Source of the DNA: Candidatus Poseidoniaceae archaeon
GTDB taxonomy: Archaea > Thermoplasmatota > Poseidoniia > Poseidoniales > Poseidoniaceae
Direction of reading: 5' to 3'
Assembly: GCA_965659685.1 (NCBI GenBank)
Contig: CBFHXB010000004.1
Span: 14,917 to 78,916 of the forward strand
Length of the DNA stretch: 64,000 nt
The position numbers were made by a program, and so were the translations under genes. Each line of letters begins with the position of its first letter. The stretch's first letter is position 1. The notes beneath the pieces are model-generated. The model saw nothing but the letters and a program-made list of their open reading frames with translations. It had not been told where the DNA came from and did no database searches. Below, piece by piece: positions 19,546 to 28,400 of the stretch.

Positions 19546-19989
19546 TCAGAAATCTTCGGGGATGTCCAACGGTGAAAACAAGCGGCCTGGACCGTTGGCT
19601 GCAGCCAGTTGGGTTCGAACGAGGTGTTCCCAAGGACGCAAGGCCAAGATGCCGTGCATCAGGTCCGCGTCGACTTCCTGCAGGGTCACACGAATCAAGG
19701 TGTCAAGGATGTCCATCCGGTCACCGTCAACGTGATCCAACAGGCGATCCAAGGTGAACGCAGAGCTGGCTTCGGAGGATGGGCCGCCTTCGAGGGGCCA
19801 CGGAGCGCCAACCTTGTCGTCCAAGTCGATGCCTTGCTCGTTGGCCCACGATTGAAGTGGCGTCAACATCGAGGTGATCCGTCGCTGCAGCACGATGGCA
19901 ACCTCGACGATGGGCATGCCGAGTTGGCCAATGAGGTGGACCATGCGCTCGGTCAGCGTCACCATGCCGTCAACGTCGTTGGCCGCCAT
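19546..19989 (-). CDS. Hypothetical protein
   Basis: 147-aa ORF filling the gap between co-oriented genes; no motif recognised. Confidence 0.55.
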   Translation of the reverse strand: MAANDVDGMVTLTERMVHLIGQLGMPIVEVAIVLQRRITSMLTPLQSWANEQGIDLDDKVGAPWPLEGGPSSEASSAFTLDRLLDHVDGDRMDILDTLIRVTLQEVDADLMHGILALRPWEHLVRTQLAAANGPGRLFSPLDIPEDF

Positions 19990-19998
19990 GCGACCGCC

Positions 19999-22900
19999 TC
20001 ACAGAGCTTCGAGGTACGACCAGCCGTAATGCGCCCACTGCTCTTCCGTCCACCCGTCTGGAAGACCGGTCGGAGGTTTGGGCGGCAGGCCTCGTGGGTC
20101 GTCCGTGGTCAACGGCGCAGGAGCAGGTGCCTCGGCAGCGACCGGCTCCGCGGCTGGGACGACAAGTCCGGGCGGCACCGGCGTGCTTTCAGCCAGATCC
20201 AGTCCGGGTGGTGGCGGCAAGTCCGCAAGGTCAGGAAGGGCCTTCACGGGGGCCGCCATGGAAGCCATCACGGCTTCTGTCTGGTCCTCGGTCGCGACTT
20301 CGTCTTCCCCGTACATCACCCTGCGGTAGAGCACAAGCATCCAAACCGCCGCCGAGAGCGAAATCATGGTGATGACGTAGAGGAAGAGGCTGAACCGCTG
20401 TTCTCCGATGTCTTCTCGAAGCGCGTCACCGTCACGAGCGACCTCTTCGGTCACCAAGAGCGGCGCCAATGGCATGCGTTCGGATTCGACCCCGTCCACC
20501 AAGAGGAGGAGGCGGTGTTCGAGGCGGTCGCCTACCTCGCCGTCTGCGTTGACATCGAGCTGCACCTGCACCTCAGAGTTCGCGCTTGCCGTGAGGTCCT
20601 CACGGGCGATCTCAGCCCAGAAGCCGGCGTCTTGACGTCGTTGTAGGACAAAGGACACATCGCCTGTCCCGCCCTCGTTGGAGGCTTGAATGTCAAGCAC
20701 CGTGGCCTGACCAGGGGACGGACTTGGGTCGTCCCACAACGCCACAGTGGTGTCGAGGTCGATGGAAGGCCCGAGCAAGGACAAGGGCCACGTCGCGAAG
20801 GGCGTATCCATGGTGTTCGAAGACGTGTCGAAGGGGTTCCCAGCAGCGTCGCTTCCCGAGACCCAGACGTCGACCATGTAGGTGGGGAGCAGCGTGGTTG
20901 CTCCGGCGTCGGTCAAATCAAGGGTGCCGCTCCAGAAGAACTGCTCTCCGAAGGGCGTCGTGTCCGGCAATTCCAGTGCTCCACGAGAGATTTCAGCCTC
21001 TCCGGCACGAACGCGGTAGTGAAGCACGGCGGATTCGCCCGTGTCGAAGCCATGATCGTCAAGGGTTTCGAGTTGAACCAACAAATCATGCGCCTGTCCA
21101 ATCGGGAGGTCTTGGCCTGCTTCGATCCTCGAAAGGCTGACCGCCGCCAAGGTCGGCGAAGAACTGTCCACGATGAAACGGACACGAGGCACCACGTCCG
21201 TTTGATCTTCGGCCAAGCCAGGAAGGTCATTCAGGCCCAGCTTCAGGTCGAGGAAACCGGATCGGATGGCTGGAACCAAGAGATCGAGCGAGAATTCACC
21301 GTCGGCGCGTGGACTTGTGGTCCAGACGTAATCGTAGTCGCCAAAGGTCACGTCGAAGGCACCTGCGGGGGCAGGAGTTTCGTCCTCTGAAAAGAGCACG
21401 CGGCCGGTGACCCGAAGCGCTTGTCCGGCCCCGATAATGGTCTCGTCGAAGTCTTCGTTGTAGTGGTTGGTCCCGTCGCGCAATTCGACCGCCCGGATGT
21501 GCCCGCTTTCGGTGTCAAAGCGGAAGTCGTTGTCGAGGCTCCACCAGTTGTTCCCTAGGCTGGATTCGACCTCAAAGCACGGGACGCCGGGCTCGAGTCC
21601 GCAGGGCTGATCGGTCACGCTGATCTTGGGGCGAACAAAGGACGCCCCATCGGTGTCGAAGGATTCAGGGAAACTCCAGGTCAATTGGAACAATGCACTG
21701 ATGACGATGAGGTTCGGGTCTTCTGCATCAAGTTGCACGCTGGAGTAGAGGTTGCTCACCGCGAGGAATTCTCCACCGGTCGTCATCTGGGCCACGGGTT
21801 GTCCGTCAGCGTCCGGTGCGAGGGTGATGAAAATCGATGTGTCGTCGTCGTCAAAGTCCCCGCCGAGGGCAAACTGCACCTGCTGGATGTCTTCCCACCC
21901 GTTGCCGTCTGAGAGGCTGATTTGAGCCGTGTAAGGGATGCCGGGGTGCAACGGTGCTTCGTCGTCGTGTCCAACGATGGTCGAGTTCGCCGCGTCGAGT
22001 TGAGGTTGGAACTCTTCACGGACGGTGTAGGTCACCAAATCCGCGGACCAGTCAGGCGGGATTTCACCCGGCCGGGTGCCGCACAGCGAGGAACCCAAGT
22101 CCTCGGGGCACACAGGACCACCGCCCATGGCCACGACGTTGTCTTGTGCGTCCTTGCCGCTGATGTAGAAGGACACGCGTTGTCCGTGCACGAGCATGGA
22201 GTCGTCGATGCTGGTTTCGAAGATGTTCAGCCCACCGGCCCGAACCTCGGGAGAAGACACCGTCTTCAACTCGTATTCTTCGGCCTGTGGCAAACCGTCG
22301 AAGTTGTAGTCGGTGCAACCGATGGCTTGGCTGGCTTTGCACCCGAGCCAGTAGTGGAGGCTGACTTGGTTGGGGGGATCCACCGAATCTTGAATGACGA
22401 GGCTGATCGGTTGGGCCGTCGCCGCATGCAATTCGACGCCGTCCATCGGGTCCGAGGAGAGGACCAGCGGGGAGTTACCGTCGAGGGTCAATCGAATCGT
22501 GTTGTACCCTGGATTGGAGAAGGTCGAACCGTTTTCCATGTCGATGGCTTCAACGTAGAAAACCATGCCACCTGGTGCGCTCTCGATGGGCGACTGGAGG
22601 GTGATGTTGTATTCTCCGAAGGCAGGATTCGTGGTCGTGGCCAAGATGACCGGCTCGTCGATGGGGTCGCCGTCGTACGTGACGTTTTGACCGAGCACGC
22701 GCAGATTGAACTCGCCACCAAGCGGGCTCAATTGGCTGCCCTGAAAGTGAATCTTCCCGGAGAAACTCAAGTTGTATCCGCCACGGACCCAATCCAAGGG
22801 GTACAGTTCCCGTCCAGTCTCGTCAAAGACTCGCAGACCGTCCAGTTGGATGTCGTTTTCGACACGGACGTCGAGGTCCGATGTCGTCCAGTCGGTGACC

Positions 22901-25434
22901 TGTTCGCCAATGGGATCGATCACCGTGATGTTCGCTTCCATGGAGGCCTCGTCGTCCCAGGACCAATCCACAAGCGTTGGAATCCTGATCCTCGTGATGC
23001 TGTCCGAGACGGCGCTTGAGGTGCAGTTTCCGACGTCGAAGTGGACGATGCCACCTGCATCGTCGACCACGCTGCATTGATCACCACGCGACCAGCGCAC
23101 GGTCGGGTCGTCACCGTAGGAATGCTGGAGGGCCACGTCAACCTGATTGACGCGCGTCACGTCGTCGCCCCGGGCAACATCGACGACAAGGTCGCGATGT
23201 GCACCGTCAGGGGCCAACATGCCCCCTTCGAGCGAGGCGCCGATGGCACGGGTTTGCATGACGTAGGCGACGTCGAGGTTTGTGATCTTGATGCGACCAG
23301 GGGAGGCGGCTTTCACCGCAAGGGTCACGTCAACCGTCCCGTCGCCGTTGTCAGGGATGGCGTCGTTGAACGCGGAGACCAACGTGGGCGGATTCTTGAC
23401 TTCGAGACCCACCATGCTGTCGTCGCTGGCGTCCACCGAGGATTCGTTGAGGAAGAGCACGGATTCCCAGTCGAAGCTCCCGTCGTTGCCGATGTCAATT
23501 CGGGGGCGGTCCGGGTAGCCTTCCTCGTACTCAAGGGTGAACGCGCTCACGCTGGGTGTGGCGGTGACGTCGGTCGTGTCCATCTGAATGGAATACCGGA
23601 GGGCAGATCCAGCCGATTCGGTGGGGAATCCAACTTCCTGACCGTTGCTGGCTTCGTACCAATCCGTTCCGTTGTTGTTGGACACGTACACGGTGATGGA
23701 CGTACCTGAGGGTTCGGTGCCGACCCAGGTCGGACGGACCTTGCCGACCTTGGTCCCGGTTGGAATCGGAGGCGAGGTCCACGAGCCGACGGTGGTGTAT
23801 TCGGTGTCGTGCTCCAAGCCGACCCACCAAGACACGGCAGAGGACCCGATCATCTGGGCCTTCCACACGAGTTCCTTGCCCGGATGTGCGAAGTGAATGG
23901 TTTCGTTTGCGGTGACCGCAGACCAGTGCGTTCCGTTGTCAGCGGACACCCAATGGTCGACACGATCGCCGATGGATGCAGCGGACCATCCGACACGTGC
24001 GTTCACCGAGAGGACATCGTCGGCGGAGGTAGTGACCGGTCCGTACCACGTGGTCGTTCCAGGTGCTGCGATGGTTTCGTACATCCATCCCGTCCCGAAT
24101 TCGCGGTAGTAGAGCGTTTTTCCGCTCCACGTCGAATACCCACTGTCCACGGTGACGAAGCGGTTTCCGTCCCATTGCAACCCATAGCCAAGGCTCGAAA
24201 TCTCCCTGATGCCTGATTGCGGCACGAGCGAGGTGGACGTTCCGCTTACGGCCCAAGCCTCGAGCGTGTCACGATCGTTGTAGTAACTGTCCTTCTGGCA
24301 ACGCATGTAGAAGGTGTTCCCTTCCACTTCCAGTCCACGAACCATCTGTCCGGTGGTGCCGCACTCCCATGCGGAGGAGGCCGAGGAAGAGAACGTGAAC
24401 ATCTCGCTGTTCCTGCTCCAACTGCCGTCGACCAGGTTGTATTCGACCAATCGGCGCTGGCTGTTGTGGGCCACCCAGAAGGTGCCGTCTTCGCGATCGA
24501 AGGCGATGCCGGTGTAGTCACCGTATTGCGGTGAAATGTCGTACGAGGCGGTGCACACCCAGACGTCGTCGCTGGAAACGTCGAGTTCGAGGACACGATG
24601 GTACTGGGTCGGGGCGGTTGAACCGTAGAAGTACTTGTAGCCAGAAAGGATGGCAAGGAGACGCTCGTCGTCGGCCAAGGCCCAATCCCTGAAGCCGTAT
24701 TGTCCGTAGTAACTGGAACTGTGGGTTTGCGGCAAAACGCACGCAGCGGCCGTTGAATCGATGGACACGCCCCATGCACGGGTGAGGTTGTTGGGGTAAT
24801 GCGCCTTGACGACGTTGTTGAGGTTGTTCGAATTCCACGTCGAGACAAAGAGCCAATCATGGTGCTTCAACACCGCGCCCTGCCCCTGCGGGGTGAGGGC
24901 ACTGTTCGTACGCTGAAGTTGCTGAGAAAAGCGCGTTTCCGTCGAATTCGAGGTGTGAGGCTGACGGACCGCGTAGGACCCGTTGTCGTGCCACGCCGTC
25001 GAGGAAGGGTCGACCACCGTGTCCATGCCGTGCGGGAAGAACTCCGTGGTCGGTGAGGCTTGTGCAAGGGTGAGGACCGGCGATCGTGCGTCGACGCCTG
25101 CGCCATCGCCTTCGAGCCATTCTTCGGTCGTGGACGAGGAGGTGGAGGACCACCCGGTCGAACTTGCACCAGACAGGGTCATGCTGACGTCCACGACCTC
25201 AGCACCGACCGGCAAGCGAACCGATGCGCCCGTGTCTGGGCTCGCACCTTGGTAGAGCGCCACGTATTCGGTCGAGCCGTCGCTGAAACCGTACGCGTGG
25301 CGGGCCACGCCAGATGCTTCAGCGTTCGGTGCAAAAGAGGTCAACACTGGAGATGCGGACATCAACACCATCAACAGGGTCAGCATCACCGCGGAGGTGA
25401 GCGATTCGCGCGACGGCATGCGGACGTCCTGCAT
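19999..25434 (-). CDS. Giant (1811 aa) membrane-anchored surface protein
   Basis: Signal peptide; propeller-like W/Y-rich region; many Ig-like beta-sandwich repeats; many sequons; TM (FSLFLYVITMISLSAAVWMLVLY); Pro-rich linker; terminal LPDGWTEEQWAHYGWSYLEAL. Confidence 0.8.
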   Translation of the reverse strand: MQDVRMPSRESLTSAVMLTLLMVLMSASPVLTSFAPNAEASGVARHAYGFSDGSTEYVALYQGASPDTGASVRLPVGAEVVDVSMTLSGASSTGWSSTSSSTTEEWLEGDGAGVDARSPVLTLAQASPTTEFFPHGMDTVVDPSSTAWHDNGSYAVRQPHTSNSTETRFSQQLQRTNSALTPQGQGAVLKHHDWLFVSTWNSNNLNNVVKAHYPNNLTRAWGVSIDSTAAACVLPQTHSSSYYGQYGFRDWALADDERLLAILSGYKYFYGSTAPTQYHRVLELDVSSDDVWVCTASYDISPQYGDYTGIAFDREDGTFWVAHNSQRRLVEYNLVDGSWSRNSEMFTFSSSASSAWECGTTGQMVRGLEVEGNTFYMRCQKDSYYNDRDTLEAWAVSGTSTSLVPQSGIREISSLGYGLQWDGNRFVTVDSGYSTWSGKTLYYREFGTGWMYETIAAPGTTTWYGPVTTSADDVLSVNARVGWSAASIGDRVDHWVSADNGTHWSAVTANETIHFAHPGKELVWKAQMIGSSAVSWWVGLEHDTEYTTVGSWTSPPIPTGTKVGKVRPTWVGTEPSGTSITVYVSNNNGTDWYEASNGQEVGFPTESAGSALRYSIQMDTTDVTATPSVSAFTLEYEEGYPDRPRIDIGNDGSFDWESVLFLNESSVDASDDSMVGLEVKNPPTLVSAFNDAIPDNGDGTVDVTLAVKAASPGRIKITNLDVAYVMQTRAIGASLEGGMLAPDGAHRDLVVDVARGDDVTRVNQVDVALQHSYGDDPTVRWSRGDQCSVVDDAGGIVHFDVGNCTSSAVSDSITRIRIPTLVDWSWDDEASMEANITVIDPIGEQVTDWTTSDLDVRVENDIQLDGLRVFDETGRELYPLDWVRGGYNLSFSGKIHFQGSQLSPLGGEFNLRVLGQNVTYDGDPIDEPVILATTTNPAFGEYNITLQSPIESAPGGMVFYVEAIDMENGSTFSNPGYNTIRLTLDGNSPLVLSSDPMDGVELHAATAQPISLVIQDSVDPPNQVSLHYWLGCKASQAIGCTDYNFDGLPQAEEYELKTVSSPEVRAGGLNIFETSIDDSMLVHGQRVSFYISGKDAQDNVVAMGGGPVCPEDLGSSLCGTRPGEIPPDWSADLVTYTVREEFQPQLDAANSTIVGHDDEAPLHPGIPYTAQISLSDGNGWEDIQQVQFALGGDFDDDDTSIFITLAPDADGQPVAQMTTGGEFLAVSNLYSSVQLDAEDPNLIVISALFQLTWSFPESFDTDGASFVRPKISVTDQPCGLEPGVPCFEVESSLGNNWWSLDNDFRFDTESGHIRAVELRDGTNHYNEDFDETIIGAGQALRVTGRVLFSEDETPAPAGAFDVTFGDYDYVWTTSPRADGEFSLDLLVPAIRSGFLDLKLGLNDLPGLAEDQTDVVPRVRFIVDSSSPTLAAVSLSRIEAGQDLPIGQAHDLLVQLETLDDHGFDTGESAVLHYRVRAGEAEISRGALELPDTTPFGEQFFWSGTLDLTDAGATTLLPTYMVDVWVSGSDAAGNPFDTSSNTMDTPFATWPLSLLGPSIDLDTTVALWDDPSPSPGQATVLDIQASNEGGTGDVSFVLQRRQDAGFWAEIAREDLTASANSEVQVQLDVNADGEVGDRLEHRLLLLVDGVESERMPLAPLLVTEEVARDGDALREDIGEQRFSLFLYVITMISLSAAVWMLVLYRRVMYGEDEVATEDQTEAVMASMAAPVKALPDLADLPPPPGLDLAESTPVPPGLVVPAAEPVAAEAPAPAPLTTDDPRGLPPKPPTGLPDGWTEEQWAHYGWSYLEAL

Positions 25435-25458
25435 GGCCCCAAGACGCTCGGCTGAGCA

Positions 25459-25465
25459 TTTGAAT
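25459..25465 (-). promoter_or_regulatory. Putative TATA-like box (ATTCAAA) of the 1811-aa gene
   Basis: 24 nt upstream of ATG 25434. Confidence 0.4.
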
Positions 25466-25483
25466 GATGCCCCGTCGCGGCAG

Positions 25484-28400
25484 TCACGAGGTCAAGCGTG
25501 AATCGTAGCGGAGCGGAGAGGAATCGCCCCTCGCCCCGTCGCGTTCGTCGTCGTTCACCTCGAACCAGTCGACGACCCAATCGCCGTCCGTGTCCCAATT
25601 CATCGGATCGCTGCCTTCGGCGACGTGGTCGTCGTCCAAGTCGACAAGGTACCAACCGAGTTCGTGTTCGCCCACCGACCGGACCGGACTTGTTTGTGGC
25701 GACCCGGTGTAGAAGATGTCCCACGCGTCCGTTCGGTTGCCTGCAGCGAGCACTTCATCGTCGCTTTGGTCAATGATGAGGAAGTCCTGATCCTTGTCGT
25801 CCAAGATGTAGACAAAACGCTGATCGGAGTTTCCAAGCTGGTCCATCTTGAGGTAATTCCGGACGTTTTCGTCCCAAGCACCAAGCCCGAGCAAATGTGC
25901 CCTCAATTGCCACCCTTCGGTGATGCCTTCACCGTTGTGAACCAAGCCGGCCAAGCGCACGGCGTTGGGTGAGGAGAGCACCGGGTCAGTGATGGCGTAG
26001 AATTCCTGGAAGGCCGTGTATGGCGTGTACACACAACCCGCCCCAGAACAGTCCCAGTTTCCGTCCTGATCGTGGTCCTGATTGGCATCAGCGGCGTCCC
26101 TCGGATCCATCGTGAACCAGGTAAAGGCAAGATTCGGGCGAGCCAGCGAACCGCTGTCGATCGACAGCGGTCGGCAGGAATTGGTATCGGTATTGCACGC
26201 ACCACCCGTGGTGGTGTCGATCCATTGCACACGGATTTCAAGCCACGAAGAGTAGTTGTCGTTGGTTTCGTTCCACCCCTTGGCGTGCTCGTACCAGTCA
26301 GGAATCATGTCCCCGTCCGTGTCGTTGTCCATTGGGTTGGTGCCGTACTTGAACACCTCACGGCCGTCCGTCAAGTTGTAATCCCGTTCGTGCCAAACCA
26401 CCTGTCCGTTTTCGACCGTCGTGAGGTAGGCCACGCTGTCCCCGTCGGTGTCGTTTAAGTCCGGTCTGGTTCCGTTTTCGTACTCCATCCAATTGGTGAA
26501 GGGAAGGTCGCCCACACCTTGTTGCACGGTTTCACCGGTTGCGGTGAAGGCGCGGTCGGACCACGAACCCAGCGGAGCAGGGATGTCGAAGGAAGTGCGG
26601 TCGTACCAACCGTCGCTGTCACCGTCATGGTGAACGTCGAAGGGGTTGAGCGGATTGGCGGCCCAACGCAGCGCAGTGGAAGGATCGGGCATGTCGTACC
26701 GTGCGTAGCAATACTCCCAACCGTCGGGCAAACCGTCGCTGTCGGAATCGGGGTGCGTCGGATCGGCCACGCCGAGGAGGGTCCGATTGAAATTGTTTGA
26801 ATCCAGGCTGTTGATGGCCAACATCCGATCAGCACTTTCAGGCCCTTTGGCGACGAAATCGTCGTAGAGGGCAGCGCGTGCAAAGAACGCGGAAAGGCCC
26901 GCTTCGGACATGTAGGCCGACATGGCGTCTTCGCCAAAAGTCACGACGCCGACCTCGACCGGTACGGTGAACCTCGCGTTGTATTTGCCCCATGTGCTGG
27001 ATTCCCATTCACGAAGGTTGCTGAAGGTCTCGTTCAGGTCGATGAGGCCATCGCCGTTGCAATCCCAACTGTCACCGTCCGAATCCAAATTGACGTCTGA
27101 ATCGATGAGCGGGTTCATGCCCCATCTGTTCTCCTCCAGGTCCCATGAGGTGAACCAATACTCGAAGCCGTCGTGCATTCCGTCGTCGTCCGTGTCGCTG
27201 TTGGTCGGATCGCTCAACCCCATCAGGAAGGAGATGAATTCGGAGGGAACCTCCCCTTGTTGCCAGCTGTTGAAGTCAGCGAGGTAACGCTTCCCACGTG
27301 TGTCCTTGTCGATGAGGATTCGGAAGATCCGTTGCCCCTTTTCCGTGGGTTGCTGGTTGTCCCCGTCAATGTGGAACAGCGGGGCATCGGCAGGGTGAAC
27401 CTCGCCGTTGTCCGGCTGCTCGAAGGCGAGGGCCAATTCCTGCCGGTCGAGAAGGCCGTCTCCATCGGCATCGAAATCACCGTCGTCAGGGACCAGAGGG
27501 TTGAGCGTCCAGGTCTGAGCCGACGTGTTCCACGCGGTGAAGAGGACCTCCATGCCGTCGATGATGCCGTCCCCATCGGTGTCCGGGTTGTTCGGGTCCG
27601 CCGTGGGACCGCTGGCGTTCAGGACCGCGTCCGAGACAAAGGAGCCGAAGGACTCGCTGACGATGATGATCGGCCACTGTTGCAAAGCAGGGGCCGTACC
27701 GATGGTGGTCACAAAGAACTGCGGGCTGGATTGGATGGCGTCCAATTCGTTCAGCGCAGGATCGATGGCGTTGTATTCCTCCCAGTTGGTCATCCCATCA
27801 GCGTCAGCGTCGAGGAACCGGTCCGTCCGGTCGATGGGGTTCAGGGTCCATCGGTCGTCGAGGACCGCCCATCGGGCGAAGTGAATTTCCCAGCCGTCCG
27901 GCATACCGTCGTCGTCGCTGTCCGTGTCGAGGGGGTCTGTGGAACCCACGGCGGTGGGCACGGCGGTGGCCAGGGTGGCCAAGTCAGCATCGTCAATGAA
28001 GCCGTGAGCCGGCTCGTCACCGAGCAGCATGCCTTCGAGGAGCGAGAGGTTCAGTCCTTCAGGCACCACGAATTCACCGAAGGTCACGGCACCGTTGACG
28101 ACGTCCAAGTCCTTCAGGTGGAATTCAAGCCAATTGACGTACGCCTCGCCTGGGCTCAGCACGCCGTCCAAGTTGACGTCGAATCCATCGCCGTCAGGGT
28201 TGCCAAGCGCATCGCTGCCGTTCAGGGGGTTGACACCGACGCGAGTGGCGTCGTAGCTGCACAAGCCACCGGCTTCCCAGCCGTCGGTCATCGTGTCACC
28301 GTCGGAATCGGGGTTGTTTGGATCGGCATCCACCCAAGACGCTGCGGCTTCGGGCGATTCGCCGTGCGTGTCCACGAGATCACCATTGAGGGCGAAGTTT

